A stretch of 64,000 nucleotides of DNA from a bacterium (GTDB lineage Bacteria; Bacillota_I; Bacilli_A; RFN20; CAG-288), in assembly GCA_963621825.1 (NCBI GenBank), contig CAVFFP010000002.1, positions 80,816 to 144,815 of the forward strand. Reading direction: 5' to 3'. Shown piece by piece: positions 56,122 through 64,000 of this stretch; position 1 is the first letter of the stretch; every line of letters begins with the position of its first letter. The notes under the pieces are model-generated. The model saw nothing but the letters and a program-made list of their open reading frames with translations, searched no databases and had not been told where the DNA came from. A program made the translations under genes and the position numbers.

Positions 56122-57417
56122 TCAGATACAGAATGCTGCATAGAGAGGAACAATCTTTTTATTGCCTTCAAAGCCGAAGTTTTTACTAGAGAGCTTTATA
56201 GCATAAGCGGGTTTATAAGTGTCCATATAAATCTTTAAGCTCTTGGCTTTTGTATTGTCGGCTGACTTGACCTCAACAGGAATGAGCTGACCATCACGTT
56301 GAATGACAAAATCGATTTCAGCTCCACGCTCCGACTCCCAATAGTAGGTGTGATAGCCATTAAGGGTAAGCTGCACATTGGCATAGTTTTCTGCCATACC
56401 GCCCTTAAAATCGTTGATTTCATCAACCATATAGAGGATATCATTAGCGACTAAATCTTTCTTTGCACAAAGCAATCCTAAGTCGGACACATAAATCTTG
56501 AACGCATCAATATCACGGTAGTTCTCAAGTGGCTTTTTGATTTGCTCGACCTTATAGACCTGGGACACGATACCCGATAGGCTTAGCCATTCAATCGCAT
56601 TTTCAAATTCAGAAGCTCGTCCGCCTTTTTTTAACAGTTTATATTGGAAACGGGTATTCTTCTTTGAAAGCTGAACGGTTATATTATCGTAAGCTAATCT
56701 GGTTTTCTTGATTTCATTCAGATTGTTATACTTGCTCATATCGTTAAGATAGCTTGCAAGTATCGTATCCTGCATATTGCGAACTAGAATATAGTCCTTT
56801 GTTTCAGCAAACAGTTTCACACACTCTGGCATACCACCAATAACAAGATACTGGCGGTAAAGCTGCATTGCGGCATCGTGCAAAGCAGAAGGTAGCGGCG
56901 TATTGGTTTGGAAGTTCTTCTTAATCTGCTCTACCAAATCATCCTCACCAAGAGCCAACATGAATTCCTCCATATCCAAAGGATAAAGTGTTTTTATATC
57001 GACTTTTCCAACCGGAAAAGAGAATTTTGCTTTGTTGACAGCAACACCGAGCAAGCTTCCTGCGACGATGATGTGATAATCCGGCGTGTTCTCATAGAAG
57101 TATTTAAGCGAAGTCAACGCCCGTTCACAGAGCTGAACTTCATCAAATACAATCAGCGTCTTTTCCTTTACGATAGTTTGACCAGCGATATGGGAAAGAA
57201 TCGGAATGAGATAATCGGGGCTGATGTTTTCTTCAAATGTTTCATTCAGTTTCGGATTGGTTTCAAAATTGAAATATGCCACGTTTTCGTAATGGGTGCG
57301 CCCAAACTCAAGAATAGAATAGGTCTTTCCAACCTGTCTGGCGCCTTGTAAAACAAGAGGCTTTCTATGATTGTTTTCTTTCCACGCTTCTAAAAAACTC
57401 ATAATTTTTCTATACAT
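56122..57417 (-). CDS. AAA+ ATPase of the DUF4143 / COG1373 family (paralog 3)
   Basis: Walker A LQGARQVGKT and Walker B IVFDEVQ. C-terminal GAEIDFVIQRDGQLIPVEVKS is a PD-(D/E)xK-like D...EVK signature. Confidence 0.85.
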   Translation of the reverse strand: MYRKIMSFLEAWKENNHRKPLVLQGARQVGKTYSILEFGRTHYENVAYFNFETNPKLNETFEENISPDYLIPILSHIAGQTIVKEKTLIVFDEVQLCERALTSLKYFYENTPDYHIIVAGSLLGVAVNKAKFSFPVGKVDIKTLYPLDMEEFMLALGEDDLVEQIKKNFQTNTPLPSALHDAAMQLYRQYLVIGGMPECVKLFAETKDYILVRNMQDTILASYLNDMSKYNNLNEIKKTRLAYDNITVQLSKKNTRFQYKLLKKGGRASEFENAIEWLSLSGIVSQVYKVEQIKKPLENYRDIDAFKIYVSDLGLLCAKKDLVANDILYMVDEINDFKGGMAENYANVQLTLNGYHTYYWESERGAEIDFVIQRDGQLIPVEVKSADNTKAKSLKIYMDTYKPAYAIKLSSKNFGFEGNKKIVPLYAAFCI

Positions 57418-57880
57418 AAAGAGTCCTCCTGAAAGGTCTTAACCATAGTATAGCAGACATTCATGTAAAAATAAACAAAACTTTTATTGTGGTTTACACT
57501 AAACTGCACGAATATTTTTGTCAATATCACACCAAACAACACGAAAGCTATTGCTTCAGTGTTTTTCAACTATCCAAATCTGTTGTTCAACATCGTGTAA
57601 ACTCAGTATTCTAGGAAACTTTTTTGTAAACGACACAATTAACTTATTACCTTGAAAAGATACTATCCTACGTCGAAATTCATGACATAGCTAAAGGGAG
57701 GGCCAATAGTATTGAGATGTTCATCATATCCGATATTGTCTGAGGTCTCTTAAGAGAACTGTCATAACGTAAAACTATGACAACTTTTTACTTTGATCAA
57801 ACTTGTTTGCTTTAGGACTTTTGTTTAAATCCTGTTCTATCTTTTATAAAGCTTATGTATTTTTATCAGGAATCTAAAAA

Positions 57881-57905
57881 GGCCTATCGCTTAGTGCAAT
57901 AGGCC
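57881..57905 (-). terminator. Terminator of the minus-strand lipoprotein gene
   Basis: ggcctat-cgcttagtgca-ataggcc, with a minus-strand T run (plus-strand aaaaa at 57876-57880). Confidence 0.55.
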
Positions 57906-57928
57906 CAATTCTATACAAGATAAGAAAA

Positions 57929-60157
57929 CTAGACAGTAGGAATATCAGTCTTGGTAATAGTAGAAAGATCGTCGATTCTATCGATCATACCGACGTTCTC
58001 AATAGTAGCCGGAGTATATTTTCCCTGATACACAATGTTGAAAACAGCATTGCCAATTACAGTGAAGGATACGATGTACAAGCCACCAGAGGTCGTCTGA
58101 TCAGTAAAGGTGAAGTTGAAGTTATCATCCATTGTATAGCTGAATGTCTTCGTAGTCTGCAAAGTCCATCCGCTATAGGAGCTATACTGAGCTTCTCTCT
58201 GCGTTCCTGTTCCATCAGCATTGAAGTTGATATAAAGGGCAATTGTAGAAGTAGTCGTGCTGGCACCCCAATGGATGCCTCCGACGAAACGAATCGTCTT
58301 TGTTGTAAGGTTCGTTGCGACGGTGTCTTTATCCGGTTTGACCATGATGTTCATATCAACATGGGCAACAATGGTAGGATCGGCAGTTGTAGCGAGGTCC
58401 AAAGTGACAGCTCCTTCTTTGACACCTTCAATCGTGAAGGATCCATCATCGTTTTTCGTCACATTGACTTCACCTTCAGAGGCATCATTCATAGTGACTG
58501 TAAAGTCCTGAACCGCAGCAGCAGGAGCAATCTTAGCAGTCAGTGTCGTCGTATCACCAACATAGATTGCTTTCTTTTCAACTGTCGCTGTGATAGAGGT
58601 AGGTTTTGCATCCACGATTGTGACCGGAATCTCTTTCATGACACCTAAGCCGTTATCGAATTCAATGACACCATCGCCAGTGGCAATAGCAGTAATGTCA
58701 TTGATGGAAGAATACTTGAACAAATCGGTAGAGATGGAGTTGATGGCCGGTGTTACAATACTGTTTTCATCACTGCTGACGGTGTATCTTAAGACACCCC
58801 CGTTTTCAATCTCGGTTCCATTGATGGCATCATAGTATGTGTTTTTCGTTTCCGGCTTAACATACTGAAGATGAATATCATAATCGTCGACAACATAGTC
58901 ATGAATATCCTTCAGTTCAGAGGATAAATCATTCTTAAGGCCGCGTGTCAATGTAGCATTAAGGGACTTTACAGAAGCAGGTGCAGCACCATCATTGATG
59001 ACATACTCTCCATCTGTTTCCGTGAAGGTACCAACAGCATAGGACTTTTCCTGGTAGACTTCCGTCATGATAAGACCTAATCCATCGAATGTAGTTACCG
59101 ATTCATATACCTTCAAAGACTTATCATAACTGAGATGATTCCAAGTAACTGTGGCTGTATAGGATTTCTTGTCTTCTGCCAATTCAGATGTGACTTTGCA
59201 CTTATCCGAATCAAAGTAGTTGCTATATGCGAAGACTTTGCTAAGGATATAGTTATTGGCACCGATAGAGCTAGAGCTAAGAGAAGAGGTTGTACCTGCA
59301 AAGAAGCTAGTAGAAGCGGCCTTAGCAAGACTATCCTTTGCAAGATAACGAAGATCATAATCTTTTTCTGTGTCATCCGAGACAATCTTCAAAGTAGATG
59401 CTGTTTCCGACATCGTACCAGAACCTGAGCCTTCACTCATAGCAGGGACAGCCTTGATGGAATAGAAGTAACCATCGACAATGCCACTCTGAGCAACTGT
59501 CGCAGCACTTCTTGTCGGTCGAGCGTTATTCTCCTTTGCGTTCATAGAATAGCTCTTCGTAATAGAAGCTGTTTCACCAGAGAAATATTCATACTTGATA
59601 TCATTGAGTTCATCCTCAATCACAACCTCAGAGACATATTTAGACTCTAAAGCACCTTCGGCATCGAAGTTCGCTTTCAGCTGAGCATAGGTAGTAGGAA
59701 GGACAGACTCATCGACATCAGGATTGACAAAGATCTCATCCGCACCCGTATCGGCTAGAGAGACTTCGATAGCGACATCCTTATTCGGCATGACAAAGGA
59801 ATATTTACCATCCGTATCCGGAGTACGGGCGATACCATCCACTTTGACAAAACTCAGTTTCTTATGGAATTCATCTGTGACACTGACTGTGAAGGTAACC
59901 GTTGAACCTGCTTCAACACTAGATGCATCAAATCCATCATCAAAGGAAAGAGTGAACTCATCACTTGTCGGTACAGTTAGAACAAACGTCTTAAGTGTAG
60001 GAACAGTGACGGTGACCTTTTCCGGTTCAACAGAAGCATGGCTTTCAGATACAGCACTATCAGATGGTTTACTTGTGTCAGTAGGAGCCTCAACACCACA
60101 ACCGACCATCATCAACGCCGTAAGACCAATAAGGGAACAAACAAAGCTCTTTTTCAT
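57929..60157 (-). CDS. Large surface lipoprotein with Ig-like/beta-rich repeats (743 aa)
   Basis: Signal peptide plus lipobox MKKSFVCSLIGLTALMMVGC. Rich in T/S/D/V beta-strand repeats. ggagg RBS precedes the ATG at 60157; the ORF-track extension to 60196 is not preferred. Confidence 0.7.
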   Translation of the reverse strand: MKKSFVCSLIGLTALMMVGCGVEAPTDTSKPSDSAVSESHASVEPEKVTVTVPTLKTFVLTVPTSDEFTLSFDDGFDASSVEAGSTVTFTVSVTDEFHKKLSFVKVDGIARTPDTDGKYSFVMPNKDVAIEVSLADTGADEIFVNPDVDESVLPTTYAQLKANFDAEGALESKYVSEVVIEDELNDIKYEYFSGETASITKSYSMNAKENNARPTRSAATVAQSGIVDGYFYSIKAVPAMSEGSGSGTMSETASTLKIVSDDTEKDYDLRYLAKDSLAKAASTSFFAGTTSSLSSSSIGANNYILSKVFAYSNYFDSDKCKVTSELAEDKKSYTATVTWNHLSYDKSLKVYESVTTFDGLGLIMTEVYQEKSYAVGTFTETDGEYVINDGAAPASVKSLNATLTRGLKNDLSSELKDIHDYVVDDYDIHLQYVKPETKNTYYDAINGTEIENGGVLRYTVSSDENSIVTPAINSISTDLFKYSSINDITAIATGDGVIEFDNGLGVMKEIPVTIVDAKPTSITATVEKKAIYVGDTTTLTAKIAPAAAVQDFTVTMNDASEGEVNVTKNDDGSFTIEGVKEGAVTLDLATTADPTIVAHVDMNIMVKPDKDTVATNLTTKTIRFVGGIHWGASTTTSTIALYINFNADGTGTQREAQYSSYSGWTLQTTKTFSYTMDDNFNFTFTDQTTSGGLYIVSFTVIGNAVFNIVYQGKYTPATIENVGMIDRIDDLSTITKTDIPTV

Positions 60158-60638
60158 AATTTTATCTAACCTCCATTTAAGAAAGACAAAAAACATGAGA
60201 AATTATAGCACAGCAAGAATTTTCAAACCTTTTCGTCAAAATACGATCCTTTTGGTGAAACAAACAGCAAGCAATGAGATTTTCAATAAAACTTCATAAT
60301 TCAATTGAAAATATAGAAAAAACATAAAGAATATAGCCATAATTCGCTCCTTTTCTAGATCGTCTATCATTTTGTAACCGCTACCAAGCATAGTATATAC
60401 ACAGCCGATATATCTATACTCAACCTTAAATGAAACTTAAAGAAATATAATTTTAAAAGATTGTTTTGATTCGTCTTTTTCTTAGTTATACATCATCTAT
60501 AGGCGCTTTTCGTGCTTTTTTCCGGTCGTTTTCCGATAACTTAAAACAAAATTGAAGAACTATTCAAAATCCTTTTGACCATGCTGCTTTTTTAGACTAT
60601 AGTAGTTTTCAGTCGTTCATTATGGAAGGATAAAAATT

Positions 60639-62798
60639 ATGAAGGCAAAAAAAGCACAGATTCTATCGCTATTATTCTTAGCCGCCCTTGTCGGATGTTC
60701 GAACACTTCAGATGTCACATCAGATACAGGAAATAGCAGTAATACAGCTCAGACTACCGATAAAGGAAACTCCGAGTCGAAAGCGGATGCAAAACCGACC
60801 TCAGTAAGCATCAACGCAGAAAGAAACTATCTTTATGTCAATGAGGAACTCTCCCTCTCTGCCGCCTTTGAACCGAGTAATACTACGGATGACTATAGAC
60901 TCACCTCTTCTGATCCTGACATCATTTCAGTAACTGGAAGAAAAATCAAGGGTGTCTCTGCTACCACCGACGATGAGGAAGTCACTATCACTTTGACAAC
61001 AGATGCTGGACTTACTGCTACGGCAAAGTTTGTCGTCTATGATGCCATCAATCATGTCACGGATCTACTGAACATCTCCCATACCCTTGCGTTAAAGAAT
61101 GCGACCGGTGGTTCCTTGGATATCATCTCTACAGAAGATGGCCTAGATGATTATAACGAAAGCATCTCCTATAACATCTATAAGAACAGTTCTGAAGTCA
61201 TCGATGAAGTTCAGGAAGGAACGGATGATTCTATCACAACAATCTATAACCGTGCTATCATCGGAGATAGCTATGTCGAATCAAGAAGAAAGAGAAAAGG
61301 AAACACTGGTGATTACACCAATGTGAACGGATATCTAGAAAACAGAAGCATCGTGGACGAGGTCACCGATTCCTATCATCAGTACACAAAAGAAGAAGCG
61401 GAAGAGAGAATCAGCAATGTTCAGATCTGTTCTTCCACATCTATCGGCACCAGAGGCATGGAAGGCTTTATCCTTGATCAGTTCTTGACCAATGTAAGTT
61501 CTTTCGGTTCTTCTTACGCAAAGAGTTCTATCACGATGAAAGAGAACCTCTCCGCTATCTCTGATATCTATACGTTAAGCTATGATTACACCAAGACGGA
61601 TTCCACAACCAGAGTCGAAGAAGAACTCGTTCTGGAATTCGATCCTTCTGGACTTCTTATTGAAATTTCGGATAAACTCAACGAATACGAAGGAGAAGAT
61701 CCTAAGCTTGTCGCAAGCTATGATGTAAACGGTGTTCAGATGTCCGGAGAAAGAGAAGACATTCCAGAAGGCGCCTTTGATTTCAGCGAATACTTCCTTA
61801 CGGACTTTGATGTCATCTTCCATTCCGATATGTTCGATTATTCCACTACTTGTGATACCACATACAATGTCGGAGATACAGCATGGCTTTTGACTTCTGA
61901 CTATAGCCTTCCCCATTCTCCCTCCACTGCTACCACCTATATCGATCCTATCAAGATTACCGCTGTCAGTGATCCGGATGCTGTGGAAATCATCTATGGC
62001 AGCAGAATCAAATTCAAAAAACTAGTCGATGATTTGGAAGTCACTGTATCCAGTACAATCAATAAGGTAGAAAAGAAAATCACACTGCACTGTGTCCCTC
62101 CGGCAACGACCATGATCCGTTTCGGTGAATACACGAATCCCGACTCCTTCCCGTCCTATGCTGATGTGACTAGCGCTCACTATCTCCCTTCTAGCTGGGT
62201 TATTGGAATGGACCGCGAAGTCTGGGTTGTCGGCGAAAAAGTACAACAGTCTCCTGATGTCACAGTCACTTCTTCCGATCCTGAGGTTGCAACAGTCACC
62301 ATGGTAGAAGGAAGCAACAACAAGTTCACATTCCATCCTATCAAAGCCGGAAAAACAACCATCAAAGTTGTCGATAAAACGTTAGGTGAAGAAAAGGCTC
62401 TGACAAAGGAAATCACAATCTATGATAATTCCGATACCGGAATTGCGGATCTTCTCCGTGAATCTGCCTTTACTCCTTTCAACAGCTCCCTCTACGCCGA
62501 TTTTGATTTCTCTGGAACAACAGGAACAAACTGCGGTGACTTCAGTGGAAAATACGCGTATGGATCGGGTGGCATCGATATCTGGGGTTCCTGGATTGTC
62601 GAAGAAGGTGAAGTAAAGGTTACCACCTACTCTGGAGCATTCGGAGAAGTCACGTATGGTTCTTCCGTCTTTGTTCTTACCGACGTCTCCTTTACAAACT
62701 ATAGCAAATACGGTCCGACCAATCTTACAATCAAAGGTTCCTCCCAGTCTGTCGGTGAAATCGGTGATGGTGTTGGAACAGGTATCGTTCTTTACTAA
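60639..62798 (+). CDS. Large surface lipoprotein with a Big_2-like domain (719 aa)
   Basis: MKAKKAQILSLLFLAALVGC lipobox. A Big_2-like segment around TSVSINAERNYLYVNEELSL...TATAKFVVYD. Confidence 0.7.
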   Translation: MKAKKAQILSLLFLAALVGCSNTSDVTSDTGNSSNTAQTTDKGNSESKADAKPTSVSINAERNYLYVNEELSLSAAFEPSNTTDDYRLTSSDPDIISVTGRKIKGVSATTDDEEVTITLTTDAGLTATAKFVVYDAINHVTDLLNISHTLALKNATGGSLDIISTEDGLDDYNESISYNIYKNSSEVIDEVQEGTDDSITTIYNRAIIGDSYVESRRKRKGNTGDYTNVNGYLENRSIVDEVTDSYHQYTKEEAEERISNVQICSSTSIGTRGMEGFILDQFLTNVSSFGSSYAKSSITMKENLSAISDIYTLSYDYTKTDSTTRVEEELVLEFDPSGLLIEISDKLNEYEGEDPKLVASYDVNGVQMSGEREDIPEGAFDFSEYFLTDFDVIFHSDMFDYSTTCDTTYNVGDTAWLLTSDYSLPHSPSTATTYIDPIKITAVSDPDAVEIIYGSRIKFKKLVDDLEVTVSSTINKVEKKITLHCVPPATTMIRFGEYTNPDSFPSYADVTSAHYLPSSWVIGMDREVWVVGEKVQQSPDVTVTSSDPEVATVTMVEGSNNKFTFHPIKAGKTTIKVVDKTLGEEKALTKEITIYDNSDTGIADLLRESAFTPFNSSLYADFDFSGTTGTNCGDFSGKYAYGSGGIDIWGSWIVEEGEVKVTTYSGAFGEVTYGSSVFVLTDVSFTNYSKYGPTNLTIKGSSQSVGEIGDGVGTGIVLY

Positions 62799-62895
62799 GT
62801 AACAACAAGCCTTGTCTTATGCGGCAAGGCTTTTTCTTTGCTCATATCTTTCAAAATAGTTGTGTGCTATAATTGTTTTGAAAGGAATACTATTT

Positions 62896-63363
62896 ATGAA
62901 CCAACCTAATTCTGAAGAACTCCTACAGGACATCAATAAACTTATGCTGTATGTGAACAAAATCCATGAATCCGGTGCTATCGATCTTTTCTCACGCCTT
63001 TTTCAAAGTGATTTCCGTATTCTGAGTTATCTCCGCGACAAGAAGGATGTTCATCCTTCCACTATCGCTGATGCTCTTCGTCTGACAAGACCGAATGTCG
63101 CAGCCAACATGAGAATCCTGGAATCAAAAAAATATATCTCCAGAGTCGGAGATGAGAAGAATCATAGACAGGTATTCGTCAACATCACTCCTCTCGGTTT
63201 ACGTTTTCTCTCTATCATCGATCAGCAGATGGCATCCCTTTTTGTCGGATGGTTCTCTGTCCTTGGAAAAGAGGAGACAGAGCATCTTTTCCGAATCTTA
63301 GAATTATCCTCTGATCCGAAGCTTATCACAGACGAACTGAAGAAATTCTCATTCGGTGACTGA
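62896..63363 (+). CDS. MarR-family transcriptional regulator
   Basis: Winged HTH LRDKKDVHPSTIADALRLTRPNVAANMRILESKKYISRVGDEKNHRQVFVNITPLG. Confidence 0.8.
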   Translation: MNQPNSEELLQDINKLMLYVNKIHESGAIDLFSRLFQSDFRILSYLRDKKDVHPSTIADALRLTRPNVAANMRILESKKYISRVGDEKNHRQVFVNITPLGLRFLSIIDQQMASLFVGWFSVLGKEETEHLFRILELSSDPKLITDELKKFSFGD

Positions 63364-63364
63364 C

Positions 63365-64000
63365 ATGGATTTCCCTGTTTTATCCAAAAAGCTCAGAAAG
63401 GCTGAGCTTCTCATCTTTTTTGATTTGGAAGCGACACAGATCAACCATCAGGCTATTGCTTTTGCGATGGTCTGTTATCAAAAAAAGCAAGGAGAACTCT
63501 CCTTCGATAACAACAACCCTATCACTTATCAGGCCTATATCAAAACAGAGGATACGATCGGTCCTATCGTAGAAGAGATGACCGGCATCCATAAAGAGAC
63601 ACTGGAGGAAAAAGGCATTCCTCTTCATCAGGTCATATTAGATATTTCTAAACTCATCCGTCATTACAAAAACCGTGCCTTTCTCTCCTTTGGAAGTCTC
63701 GATATTGAGATTCTGAGAAAAAGCATCGATTTTGACAATGAGACAGAAAAGAACTTCTTTGCCAATCTGACAAAGAATCACGTCGATTTTCAGAATTATC
63801 TCTTTCATCGCATCATCGATAAAAGAGGAAACTCCTACTCCTTAGCCAAATTCAAGGAATTATATAACATCTCAGAAGTGGGAACCCCACATGATCCTTT
63901 CTATGACAGCGTCATATTGAAAGATATCTATCTTTCCTATGTCACGGATAAAGAAAAAGATATTGAACTGATCCTAGAAAACTATTCCATCAATAAAGGA
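63365..64000 (+). CDS. DEDDh-type 3'-5' exonuclease domain protein (DnaQ/PolC-exo-like), C-terminus beyond the window
   Basis: Exo I motif FFDLEAT and exo III motif HDPFYDS. The ATG lies 1 nt after the marR stop. The open frame continues to the window edge, so it is absent from the ORF track. Confidence 0.65.
   Translation, partial: MDFPVLSKKLRKAELLIFFDLEATQINHQAIAFAMVCYQKKQGELSFDNNNPITYQAYIKTEDTIGPIVEEMTGIHKETLEEKGIPLHQVILDISKLIRHYKNRAFLSFGSLDIEILRKSIDFDNETEKNFFANLTKNHVDFQNYLFHRIIDKRGNSYSLAKFKELYNISEVGTPHDPFYDSVILKDIYLSYVTDKEKDIELILENYSINKG

Noticed and set aside
1-64000. Looked for CRISPR arrays, integrase or transposase genes, IS inverted repeats and prophage genes
   Set aside because: No regularly spaced repeat-spacer arrays, and no tyrosine/serine recombinase or DDE transposase signatures, in any ORF of at least 60 aa. 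The accessory blocks lack their own mobilisation genes.

Overview
This 64-kb window is low-GC Firmicutes chromosome, most likely Bacilli or Erysipelotrichia-like. The core blocks share gene order with Bacillus subtilis. On the minus strand these are hrcA-grpE-dnaK-dnaJ behind CIRCE operators, and one tightly coupled run mutS-mutL-miaA-fhs-folD followed by two fused MacB-type ABC transporters. Also on the minus strand are ricA(ymcA)/miaB and the cluster pgsA-cinA-recA / rny-ymdB-spoVS-like. An unannotated type-B RNase P RNA (rnpB) lies next to gpsB and is hidden under spurious ORF calls. Other genes are the competence genes comEA-comEC, greA, trmB, pepV, coaX, a cold-shock protein, phosphoglucomutase, an Fe-alcohol dehydrogenase with NfnAB, and a partial endonuclease IV at the left edge.

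Three accessory-looking insertions sit between these blocks. Each carries a divergent AAA+ ATPase of the DUF4143 family (COG1373-like) whose C-terminus may be a PD-(D/E)xK-like nuclease domain; each is flanked by short repeat architectures.

The most striking islet abuts the 3' end of a tRNA-Ser(GGA) at 2.6-5.9 kb. The ATPase gene there is bracketed by two near-identical 39-bp palindromic elements. It is preceded by a pair of 38-bp operator-like direct repeats around an extended -10 box. It is followed by an overlapping DUF3990 / DUF3791-HTH gene pair.

Other loci worth follow-up:
- an RluA-family pseudouridine synthase translationally coupled to three uncharacterised, mostly membrane, proteins;
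- a membrane-anchored Endonuclease-I-family surface nuclease with a coupled small acidic protein;
- two divergent paralogous giant lipoproteins;
- a repeated TTTGCGCA motif upstream of the alcohol dehydrogenase.

No CRISPR arrays, integrases or transposases were recognised.
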